From Lama glama (lineage: Eukaryota): 64,000 nucleotides of DNA. Made by a program: the position numbers and the translations under genes. Position 1 is the first letter of the stretch, and every line of letters begins with the position of its first letter. A model generated the notes under the pieces. The model was not told the origin of the DNA. It did not search any database and saw only the letters and a list, made by a program, of their open reading frames with translations. Shown here piece after piece: positions 12,647 to 23,880 of this stretch. The stretch is from positions 97,280,001 to 97,344,000 of the forward strand of contig CM052816.1 of NCBI GenBank assembly GCA_028534125.1. Reading direction: 5' to 3'.

Positions 12647-12920
12647 CGTGTTACTCGGCTCGGGCTGCCGTGGTAACGACTATAGACGGGGCGATGAATG
12701 CGGCGGGAACTCGCCTTCCCCGTTACTGAGGCTGGCAGTCTGAGCAACAGCCTCTTCTTGCAGGGACACCACTCAAGCTGGATTAGGGCCCACCCTAATG
12801 ACCTCACTGAACCTTAAATTCCTCTTTAAAGATCCTATCTCCAAATACAGTTACATCTGAAGGCGTAGGGGTTAGGACTTCAACATATGAACTTAGGGGG
12901 ACACAATTTAGCCAATAACA
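12647..12920 (-). mobile_element. ERVL-MaLR solo LTR, MLT1B-like, internally deleted
   Basis: ggattagggcccaccctaatgacctca...cctatctccaaatacagttacatctga...ggggttaggacttcaacatatgaa...gggggacacaatttagccaataaca; TSD ctaaa/ctaat. Confidence 0.85.
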
Positions 12921-12989
12921 CTAATTAACACAATCCTTAATATAGGAGAACAAGCTAAATGAAATTTTAAAACCTCCAACCTATAACTA

Positions 12990-13322
12990 ACTTGGTCAAT
13001 TGCTTGTTAAAACAAACAACATTCTCCTTAAATAAGACCCAGAATCCTGTAACATAATACTCGAATTGTCCAAGAATCAATCCCAAATTCCTACGGCCCA
13101 GGAAAGTCTCAACCCACAAGCAGAAGGAGAATCAGCAGACACTAATTCTATGTCACAGATGTTAAAATTACCAAAGACTTTAAAACAGCTATTATAACCA
13201 GTCTCCAAGAAACACGGGCAAATACTTTAGAAATAAAGGCAGTAATAGAAAGTCTCGGGAAAGAAAGAAGGTGATACAAGGCGGAATGAAATGGAGATTC
13301 TGTAACTGAATCATACAGTGAC
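12990..13322 (+). mobile_element. Old L1 ORF1-region fragment
   Basis: cacagatgttaaaattaccaaagactttaaaacagctattataacc...gaaatggagattctgtaactgaatcatacagt. Confidence 0.65.
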
Positions 13323-13449
13323 TTTTTAATTTGAAGCTTACACTACTGTTAATATCTCGTATCAGAATTACATTTATGATTTCAGGTTAATGTTATTTTT
13401 ATACTGCTAATACACTTGTATACTTTTTAATTGTCAAAAATGCTCCAAA

Positions 13450-13979
13450 TCAAACAACCTAAATGTCCATTGACAAATAACTGGCTAAAGAAGTTGTGGT
13501 ATATTTATACGATGGAATACTACCCAGTCATTAAAAACAATAAAATAATGCCATTTGCAGCAACAGTGATGGCCCTGGAGACTGTCATTCTAAGTGAAGT
13601 AAGCCAGAAAGAGAAAAATACCATACGATATCACTCATATGTCGAATCTGAAAAAAAAAATGACACAAATGAACTTATTTACGAAACAGAGACAGACTCA
13701 CAGACAGAAAACAAACGTATGGTAACCAAAGGGGAAGACTGGAGGAGGAATAAATTGGTAGTTTGGGATTTGCAGATACACACTAATATATATAAAATAG
13801 ATAAAAAGCAAATTTCTTCTGTATAGCACAGGGAACTATATTCAATATCTTGTAGTAACCTATAATGAAAAATAATATGAAAAAGAATATACATATGTAT
13901 GTAGCTCAATCACTGTGCTGTACACCAGAGACTGTTACAACACTGTAAATCAACTGTAAGTACTTCAATTAAAAAAAAA
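13450..13979 (+). mobile_element. L1 3' end (ORF2 C-terminus, 3'-UTR, poly A), cetartiodactyl/camelid type
   Basis: Translates KQPKCPLTNNWLKKLWYIYTMEYYPVIKNNKIMPFAATVMALETVILSEVSQKEK, the L1 ORF2 C-terminal motif; UTR tgtatagcacagggaactatattcaatatcttgta; A tail. Confidence 0.92.
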
Positions 13980-15394
13980 GAGAGCAAGCCATCCAAAATT
14001 TTTCTCTGATAGCAGTGTCCCCTCTGAACCTTCTCCAGGGCTCACCCTTCGTCCCGGTTTCTCTGTTCCTGGTACTGATGCCATGCACATCATGCACATG
14101 GGCCCCAGTCCCCTGGAGAAGTTCCAGGACGACTGCTGCAGATAGACTTTTAAAGAGAAAGACTGGCAGTGACACGGACCTTAAAAGGTTATAATGTTCA
14201 CCTTTACTAATTATGAAAAATTTACTTCATATCATCAGTTCTTGAGTGATCTGAAAACCAATGGTCCATAAGTCAGATGGCCACTTCACACAGCTCCCAC
14301 AGCACAGGGGTTTCCCAGAAAATTTAGAAGTGAATTTTAAAAATGGGAGTTTGTTCTCTTTTGGTTAAAAAACCAACAATAGAAAAAACTCCTCTTTTTG
14401 ACAGTAGTGAAGAAAATGCTGAACAACATTATTTTCCATGGATGGAACCTAAGCTTTAGATTCCAGAAAAGCAAATGATTCACATCATACATATGTTCGA
14501 AAGGCAAGTTATTGCTTCCGAGTTTAGTAAATCTCTAGTGACAGATCAGTTAAGAATATTTCTGGTACAGTCAGCAATCAACGCATGAACAAAGGGAGAG
14601 TTTCTGGGCCCTGTAAGACTGAAGGCTGAGGGCCCAGGAAGGAAAGAGCACTTCCCACAGTCGAGGACAGATGTCTGCTGCTCATGTCACAACTTTTTTT
14701 TAACATACAAAAGCATCTCAGTATTATTCCCATGACACTAAGTTGAAGTAACACAATATCTGAATTATGAAGCCATAGTCTAAGAGAAAGGGTAAAATTC
14801 CATAGCGTGGGGGGTGAAAATATTTACGTATTCCTGCGTGGTTTTATTTTCTACTCCTAATCACAAGCTTCTTTTTTTTTTTTTAACTGCCTCGTCTGCT
14901 CCTCAGCTTGCACAGCGATTTTCCAATTCTCTATTATCGTTTCCTTCTGCATGTCTTTTTCTTCTCTTCCTCCCTCTTTGCCCACTTTTCGTTGCTTCTA
15001 CTCGTTTCAAACCTAACAAAGCACTGGTTCACCTGCCCATGAGACCCTGAATCAGGAGGGGACCTCCACGCTGTTTCCTAGTCTTAACCAAAGCCTAAAT
15101 TAAATGGCTACACCGGGTGCTCCAGCAAGGACATGTTCAATGGTAAGCTACTTTATCACAACATTACAGAGCACCGAACTATTTCAGTTTCTCAGGATGC
15201 TTCTTCAATTGTTTTGGTCAGAAAGTCAAGCAAACAACCAGTTTCGATATACAGTTTCTCTGTGTTTTCATTTTGTCCCTGAAAAAATATACAGCTGCCA
15301 GACACTGTGCTCACAGATTCTCCCTGAGTCACAAAGTCACTCTGATTTTGAAAGATTGAAGCAGAAGCCTGATGGCTGTATCCTACAGGGATGA

Positions 15395-15502
15395 AAAGGC
15401 TGTGTGACCTTAAGCAAGTCACCTAATCAATCTGTTTCCTCTTTCATAAAATAGATGAGGCTGGTTTAGAAGACATCTGAGCCTCCTTACATTTCCAAGA
15501 TT
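15395..15502 (+). mobile_element. MIR/MIR3 fragment
   Basis: gctgtgtgaccttaagcaagtcacctaatc...tgtttcctctttcataaaatag. Confidence 0.65.
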
Positions 15503-17689
15503 GTTAAAGGTTCTATTAATCTTTGCCTATTGAAAAATTTTCATCTTCAAGCCAGAATGAGCCTCCTGAATTTGCATGAACAGAGGACTAAAACAGCAAG
15601 GGTCAATTAAACTGAGATTAATTCTCAACAGCCTCACTTCAGTCATTAGCATCGATCTTCTTTGTTTCTCCAAAGGCAGATAACCCTTTTTTTTCTTCTT
15701 AAACCTGAGCAGTTCACCATTTCAACTATGGGCTTGTTACCTGGGGATCCAAGGCCACCTTAGAGACAACAGTTCAACAATAATTAGGCAAGAAGTTACA
15801 TACATGAATGGGATATGAAAACCCAGCTTCAAATATTGTCTATTCCAAGCAACTGGTGATGAAGAGAAGGAGAAATACTGGGGAGTCAGCTGAGCAGAGT
15901 CACCTGGCAGCTGATGAAGCCCCCCACCGCACGCCTGGGTGGAGCTGTGGAGTGCTTAGTTGGTGGATGCTTGTGTATGTTTTCCAGGACTCTAGGGTCA
16001 TGTCCTTCCATTGTTTAGAATTAATTGTGTCTTTAATGCCTATCCAATGAGGGTCAAATTTTTTGTCCTGGACTACATATGTTTTCAATCATGTGGTCCA
16101 AGACCTTTCCGAGCATCATCTGTAAAAGATCTCGCCAGGTCAAACCACGTGCCGCAGCTGTAGGTTCAAAGAACATGCCTGCGCTCTTAGACCTCAGTGC
16201 TTGTGTGTGTGGTAGCCTCGGCCTTCCAGACTCTGCTCTGTGGTGCCCTCTTCTCTGGAGCCGTCCCCACCTGCCCGAGGCCTCGAGGAGCTCTCTCTGG
16301 TGCTACCTGAAACTCACCACACTGAACCGGGATTGCCTGTTCCCAAGTCCGCCCTCCACCAGAGCAGATGGCCCCTGGGTGATGCACTCTGGTCTACAGC
16401 TCTTAAGGAGACCCAGCTTCTTAATGCAAAATAGCTTATGTTTTAGTGGCATATTACAGTCAACGCACTATTATAGCCATGAGTCTATCTGACAATCAGC
16501 CAATGAGTAGACACTGCAAGCGGTACTGCCCCAGATTAACCTGAAAGTCTACAGATGATAGCTTAGTCTCGCGTCCGATCCATTAAATCACGGCTGAAAA
16601 AAACAAGAAAAATATATTCTTTACACACACAAAAGGAAGCTGTGCTGTTAGGGAAAATAAGACATTCTCTAGAACAGTTGTCAGTTGAAAAGAATTAAGT
16701 AAAAGTTCACCTAGATCATGAACTGTGCTGTGAAGACAGCTGGGGAATATCCTCTGCTTTAATCAGAAAACTCTGAAGTCCCCTATTTCATCTCCAAGAA
16801 GGAAAACATTTCAGCTCTGGGAGTAGCACTGAACACAGGCTTTTCTGGTGAGGAGTTCTGGCCCTTGGTAGGAGCAAAACCCACAGTCAGGCACCAACAC
16901 CATCGATCTTGGATCTGTTCTCATTTCCAGTGAGAAATTCCACCATAAAACCACAGAACACCTCTGGAAGTGAGACCAAGCACGTGGATGATGTAATTTC
17001 CATAAACCTAAGAAAAATGACTTAAAAGGAGAAAGGGCCCTCAACAAGCTAATTATTGTACCAGCCCAAAGGATAACACCACTTACAGACATGTAAATTT
17101 CTTTTAAATTGTCTTACTATCGACTTCAAGAGGAGTATGCCTGTAATTAAACTGAGAGGCTGAAGAGTCAAAGTTCAGAGTCTGAGGAAGAGGAACAGTT
17201 ATGATACTATGAAGTAAGATTGCCGTGATAACTCGGGGATGGACTGGTTATGGAATCAGTGGTGCCGGGAGAACGTCTGTTAATAATAAAAGGAAACTTC
17301 GAGTCTGAGCTCTCAGCACATACTACATTAAGTGTCAAATGGCCAAAAAGTGAAATATTTTTTAAAAAATCAGATCACGAAATATGGAAAACAAAATCCA
17401 GAATGCTGTTCTCTTAAAGGAACAGAATCAATTATAATAGAAAATGTGGGGAAAAAAAAGAGAAGGTAGATTTCTTTACTAGAGGTTTTACAGGCTGAGG
17501 TCTTTTGAGAGACAGGTCCAGATCAGATTTTTCTTGTTTCCTTTTTTTTTTTTTTTGGTCTGATACAGTGAATTATACTGATAGGTACTCACCAAAGAAG
17601 AAAATGTGTATTGACTAAATACAGAAGTGAAACATTTATATAAATATTAGATACTTAAGTAAAATGAAACCCAACCAAGACCAAGATCA

Positions 17690-18300
17690 AAGGGAAAATT
17701 AGGAAACACCAGGGACAAACATGACCGAATATCTAAACTGCATAAAGCACTGGACTCGTTAGCAAAACCATGTCCCTACAGGGCAGGATGGTCCAGGTTC
17801 ACACAATATGGGCTACAAATTAAAAACAGCCCTTGGGAAAAAAATGTTGATTTCATTAGTAATTAAGTAGTAATTACTTAATTTTATTGAAGTAAAAAAA
17901 GGACACAAATGTCAAAGGTACCAGTTACCTATCACTTAAGGAAAAAAAAATTAGGTAAATGCCAAAATCGGGGGCAGACAAATTTGCTGTGCTTGAAACA
18001 ACAGAAACCAGGGGAGAGTTTCGTGAAACAATCCTGTTTATACCACGGTGATAATTCGGAGGGACATGAACAGCAACAACTAACTACCCTCAAGTCCAGA
18101 GAAGTACAGTACAGTAGTGGAACTTGAAAATCGAATGCTTCAGCAATAAAAATGACCAGTGTAAACCTTTTACACAGATGCACAAATTTATCTAATTATC
18201 ATCCAAAGAGTAGAGAAAAATGATCTGTACACCACGATTAGCCCTAGGAAAGCACTGTGGCAACAGGTGGGTTCAGACTGAAAAGAATCTCCCAAATTTA
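17690..18300 (+). mobile_element. Highly decayed L1ME fragment
   Basis: A-rich with L1 ORF2 3'-like phrases (aatatctaaactgcataaagcact; aaaatgttgatttcattagtaattaag). Confidence 0.35.
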
Positions 18301-18639
18301 AATACCGGCTAAGTGAGAGGGCTGTGCATGTAATCTATTTAAAATTATTTAAAGATAAATGTTACCAAAAAATTACTAAGACTGATCAACACGTTCTCGA
18401 AATAATAAACTATAATGAAAAGTTCTTGGAGACTTAGCAACTTAAATATTTCTAAGACCAAAAATATCATAATGCTTGGAAACTTCCAAACAGTAGTTCG
18501 TTGCGACTTCACTGGCAAAGTTCTGGAATATTAGACAAGGTCATGCAGTAACCAGTTCCCTCATTTTGCCACTGAGGAATCTGGAGTCCACAGTGTGACA
18601 CATTTAGCCCCTGACTAGGGAAACTGGCCCCTCCTTCCA

Positions 18640-19139
18640 NNNNNNNNNNNNNNNNNNNNNNNNNNNNNNNNNNNNNNNNNNNNNNNNNNNNNNNNNNNNN
18701 NNNNNNNNNNNNNNNNNNNNNNNNNNNNNNNNNNNNNNNNNNNNNNNNNNNNNNNNNNNNNNNNNNNNNNNNNNNNNNNNNNNNNNNNNNNNNNNNNNNN
18801 NNNNNNNNNNNNNNNNNNNNNNNNNNNNNNNNNNNNNNNNNNNNNNNNNNNNNNNNNNNNNNNNNNNNNNNNNNNNNNNNNNNNNNNNNNNNNNNNNNNN
18901 NNNNNNNNNNNNNNNNNNNNNNNNNNNNNNNNNNNNNNNNNNNNNNNNNNNNNNNNNNNNNNNNNNNNNNNNNNNNNNNNNNNNNNNNNNNNNNNNNNNN
19001 NNNNNNNNNNNNNNNNNNNNNNNNNNNNNNNNNNNNNNNNNNNNNNNNNNNNNNNNNNNNNNNNNNNNNNNNNNNNNNNNNNNNNNNNNNNNNNNNNNNN
19101 NNNNNNNNNNNNNNNNNNNNNNNNNNNNNNNNNNNNNNN
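18640..19139. other. Assembly gap (500 N)
   Basis: Exactly 500 N. Confidence 0.99.
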
Positions 19140-22100
19140 AAATAAATGATGCATGCTTGAAAAGTGTCTAACTCTCTTATTTTAAGACCATCTTTTAAAC
19201 TGACTTCCTATATATTTAAATTTGAAATGCTTTTTTGTCTATGCACACAGAAAATTATACTTAAATAAATATCCACACCAAAGTCCCAAATAAAGTGTAT
19301 GTTTTCTATTTGAATTTAAGCAATTGAAACGACCTAATGGACCAACGATCACCAACTTAAAAGCAAAAGATCTGAACAATTTCCCAAAAAGGCACTTCTA
19401 CCACAAAACTCAAACAAGCTGAATATTAAGTGCTACTTAAATTTTCATAACTTTTAATAGAATAGGCACTTGAAAGAACCCATTTAATTATGCAGTAGGC
19501 ATTCAACAAATACCTGTTGATTGATGCCTGGAGTGCATCCCCCTCCCCCGTACAACAAACTTCCCAGGAAGAGGCCCCTCCAGGCTGCAGGAGGATTGTC
19601 AGGGTCATCGCATAACAATGATCTGGCACATGACTTCAAAGATGTATTTTGCAGAAACAGTTCAAGTACAGAAAGGTGCACAGGCGAATACAACGCACAC
19701 TTACAGACACCCCATTTGCTGTCTGAGGATGAATTGACTATAAAAGCACCACTTTTTCATATCACGCTATCTTGGAGCAGGGAGTTACTGGGATGCCGGA
19801 TGGAAAGTGGAGGACCAGGTTGGAAAGAAACTGCAGGATGTTCCGTTTCTTCACGTTCCGGGGACAGTCACTGACCTCTTTGAATATCTCATGAAAAGTG
19901 CTGCAGCATTTCAATTTACACAGAAATACTTCACAGAACTCCAGCAGACTCCTGAGAACCCAGGAACCCCATCCTGAGCACCTGCTCAGGCTCAAATGTC
20001 CAGCCAGAGGCTGAGATCTGATGGAAGCCGTGGGCAAAACAAAGATGGGTTCAACCCGAGACTCTCTTTTCCAGAACCTGTAGGAACTCAGTGATTAAAG
20101 ACGTCAGCCTGGCTATCCAGCTGGCATACGTTGAGGCCTTAAGGGATCAAATCCGAAGTCTCTGTGGGCTTATGAAGAGCTTTGTATATCTATGTTTTCA
20201 AAAGACCCACAGTATGGAAATGCACATGTGTTAACCAAACCCCAGCCAGATCCTTATTTACAGCAAGTAAACATTTGGTGATTGTAATTATAATCAAATA
20301 TGCACTTCTTGTCCCCAAATCACCACCGCTTTATTAAGAATAGCATATTGCCTTCATCACAGTTAAAATGCAAAAATATGTTCAGTCTTCAGAATGCCAC
20401 TGAAGCGCTCAAGTTCTATCAGGCAGGACAAGAGGGCTGATTAATTAATGCTTCCATTGAAAAAAATCAAGGCAAATCCCCGTTATCTATCTATCCACTT
20501 ATTTTTTATTTGAAAGGAGAAAAATGTAAGTTTCAGTGTCTTCAGCACGTGACTGATCATTTTCTTTTCTCTAGAGAGCTGCGGCATGCTCAGCTTCAGC
20601 ACCGAAACAGCTAATAAACACAATCACATTTATTTATTTCTTTTTTTAAAAACCTGACCTTTTCATCTAACGCTCTTTTTACAGATGTGAGATGCTTGGA
20701 TGGCTTATTTCTACTTGCCAAACTCCAAGCCCTCCATGTTTCTTAACTAATTTGCACCATAGTGGGGACTTCACAGTAACAGTACTGAGGACTTACGTGC
20801 CACGTGTCACGCTTCCACCAGGCTTAGCATTTCCCTGCCTTTTCTTACATTTTGAGAAAGAAATGGGGGTCACTCTTGTGCTTCTATGTCTGTGCACTGC
20901 AGGGTGAACACCTTAGCAACCTTGCTCTGAAGTGCAACGCTGGGTCCCTGGGGCTACTAACAGAGGTGTCCGTGTGCGGTGGGGTGTCCCGCCTGCCAAG
21001 CCCTGGTCCGTCCTCCCACAGCAAACATCTGCTCCGCTCTGCACTCTCTGGTTCTGCGCTCCCCTCGGTTCTTTGAACGGATGCACCGCTTGTCTTTACG
21101 ATGTGTCTTGAAATGACGTCTCCAGGCTCAGCTGAGTTGAGTTTTAAGACCAGATGGAGAACAGATGAGCTCCTGCTTTACAGTCTGACCACCTTCTCCT
21201 TCCTTTTCTTTCTTTTTCCTCTCTGGAAAGCCTGACAGCAAGATCTAGAACTTTCTTAAAAGAACAAGATGCCCAAGCCCAAAGAACGTGAGATTACAGA
21301 GCAGGACGAGAGAACCCCACTGCCCTTTGGTGGTGATCCAGGATCTCTGAGACCCAGGAGGGAGGGAGTTCTCCGTCAGAGCATCCAGGGTCTACGTGGG
21401 CTCCCAGAGCTGTCGGAACTCATCAAAACGAACCCTTACATGGTGCCTCTTACTGGACGCAAATTTTCCCTCAATAAAGTTCATCTGAAGTCTTTGGAGG
21501 GCACAGGATAAGGGGGCTGCTTGTGACAAGGTCCATCTGGGATGTTCTTCCCTGGCCTAACTTGGTCCCAAGAAACAGCCATCCCCAGGAAAGGCCAAGT
21601 GGCCAATTAAAGGCCTTGATGCTTGACCAGCGCCGCCCTGGACCTCTCCTTCAGAAGTTAAGATGAAGCAGGGTGGGGGGGAGGTGGTTACAGAATTTCA
21701 TCACACTAACAAAGAATAACAATGAGAAATGCATTTTAATCAAAGTATTTAAAAGTACTGTATGTATTGCATCTAAATCCTCAGTGTAAGTAGGCTTCTA
21801 GAAAGAAAAATATAAAACTTCCTTCAAACTTCCTTCCTTTCTTTAACTTCTGAGATCTCCTAAAAGTTAATAAGAAAGACCATCTATTCTGGTACATTTA
21901 TGGTTGAAAACAATAAATGATGAAATATTATAAAAAATAAAACTTAGGGTAAGAACACATCTTTCTACCATGTGATTTGAATGACCAGAACAAAAAGGAT
22001 TTCTGGGGAGTAGAAGAAGCAAGAACGGAACATTTATAAAATGTGTTATGTTCAAGAAATATGTCTTAGCAGACTGAACGGTATTGTATTCCAAGGCTTC

Positions 22101-23174
22101 CAAGCACGGGAGGCATAGCAAGTTCAACTTCTGCTAACAGTCTTAAAGATGATATTTGGGGGATTTTATCCCCTGAGACAGAAAAAGCAAAATTTCCAAC
22201 CAAGACTCACCCTCGTTAGCCCTGGCACTGCAAAGCTGTGGGAGGAGAGTCTGTCAACCATCAAAACACCGCTTTTCACTGATGAAAGGCTCCGGATCCA
22301 GGCTCTCATTTCCAGGGGGATATTTTAAAACAGTGTAATTAAAATGTGAATCCAGAAGAAAAGTTTGCTCTTTCTCTTTCTTAACAAGTCAGTTTATTTG
22401 AAGAGACTTATACCAGCACGTCAGCTGGTTTCATGAGAAGCAGCCTCTTCTAGGTCTGTCGGGAGTCTCTGCTCACGGGAGCGATGACGACAGATGCGCT
22501 GCTCATCCCAACCAGTAATTCTGTTCAACTCTCCCTCCACGTGTTCAGGGCTCTCGCTAGGCCACCAACAGTAACATTTTAACCAAATGGTACAACTTTG
22601 TACTGATTTCATCATTTCTGTGAACATACTGTTCAGGTGATAAAATTAAGTATTTACAGCAAAATTATACACAACATCCCTCAAAGACATAGATTAGAGA
22701 AAATAACAAAAGGTAATAGGCATAATTTGAGACAAAGTGTAGCCATGGAGGGTCTTGCAAAGGCATCTGGGACCTCTGGAGGACTCTCCACCTCTTCTTC
22801 AATCAGTTACTTAATAATTACATACTGGACACTCAAAGGTAGATACACAGTAGTATGCAACGGGAAGTCTCTGTTAGTTGTGAACGCCTGAAATAAACTT
22901 CCTCCAAAAATAGGATTTTCCAGAGCTGATCGGCAGACTGACACCATGGATGCTGAGGTACCAGTGCTGGGCTCTCGGTGATCACTGAGCCTTTGGGGAT
23001 TTACTAGTGTTTGTCACAAAGTGGGCTTTCTTAAATATTTTGAATAGTCAAAGAATACATAAATAAGGCTCAGCAACTATACATGTGTTCTTAAAAGAAA
23101 ATCGTAGACATTATCAACCTATGAGGACAATGTGATGCAAAATAAGAAAAAATGTGGACCCATCCTGTCCGTGG

Positions 23175-23282
23175 AAACTTGCTCAAATCACTTCAATGCT
23201 CTTGAGTCTCAATTTGCCGATTCTTAAATCAGGATAACAATGTTTTTACAACTGTCAGGAGGATTAAAATAGCTGAACGTAA
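23175..23282 (+). mobile_element. MIR fragment
   Basis: caaatcacttcaatgctcttgagtctcaatttgcc...taaatcaggataacaat...ggaggattaaaatag. Confidence 0.6.
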
Positions 23283-23479
23283 ATTACAAGGTCCCTGAAT
23301 CATAACTATAATGAACGTAGACGAGTTTCCCTTCCTCACTTCCCCCATTCCCCAGTGACGTTTTTGGAGCCCCGCTAGGGTGAAATATAATGCTGTGAAG
23401 ACATCCCCAAAGACAAACTGTGCAGAAAGTTCTGAATACAATGGTATCCGTAGGTTAAGGTAAAAAATAAACACCTACC

Positions 23480-23880
23480 TCTACCTATGAGAGGTCAAGA
23501 AATACTCCTCAAAGTAGGTGTCTCTAGACCTGACTTCAAAAAGATGAACAGGAATTCTGCGGGCAGAGAGAAAAGATGGGGCAGAGCGAGGATGTCATGG
23601 AGTGTCAACCATGAAGCTCCAAGGGGATTTTTTAGGCAGATCGTGTGGCTGCGATGTTGAGTGTGAGTGGAACTATGGGTAAAGACAGTGGGCCTGTGAC
23701 GGCGAGCTGGAGCGTGTGCTGTCTCAGGTAAGTGCTAACGGGCCATCAGGGTGTGATGCAGGGAAGTGGACTGAGCCTGGACACAGGGAGACAAGGCATG
23801 GGGATGCCAGGTTTGGGGTGGGAGCACTCCTCCAGGCTGACAGAGGACCAGGAGAACAGGGTTCATGGCCAAGACTGAAA
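23480..23880 (-). mobile_element. L2 fragment
   Basis: ggtcaagaaatactcctcaaagtaggtgtctctagacctgacttcaaaaagatgaacagga resembles antisense L2. Confidence 0.5.

Noticed and set aside
13431..13826. 131-aa ORF with recognisable protein motif
   Set aside because: It is the C-terminus of L1 ORF2 running into UTR in a 5'-truncated copy, not a host gene.
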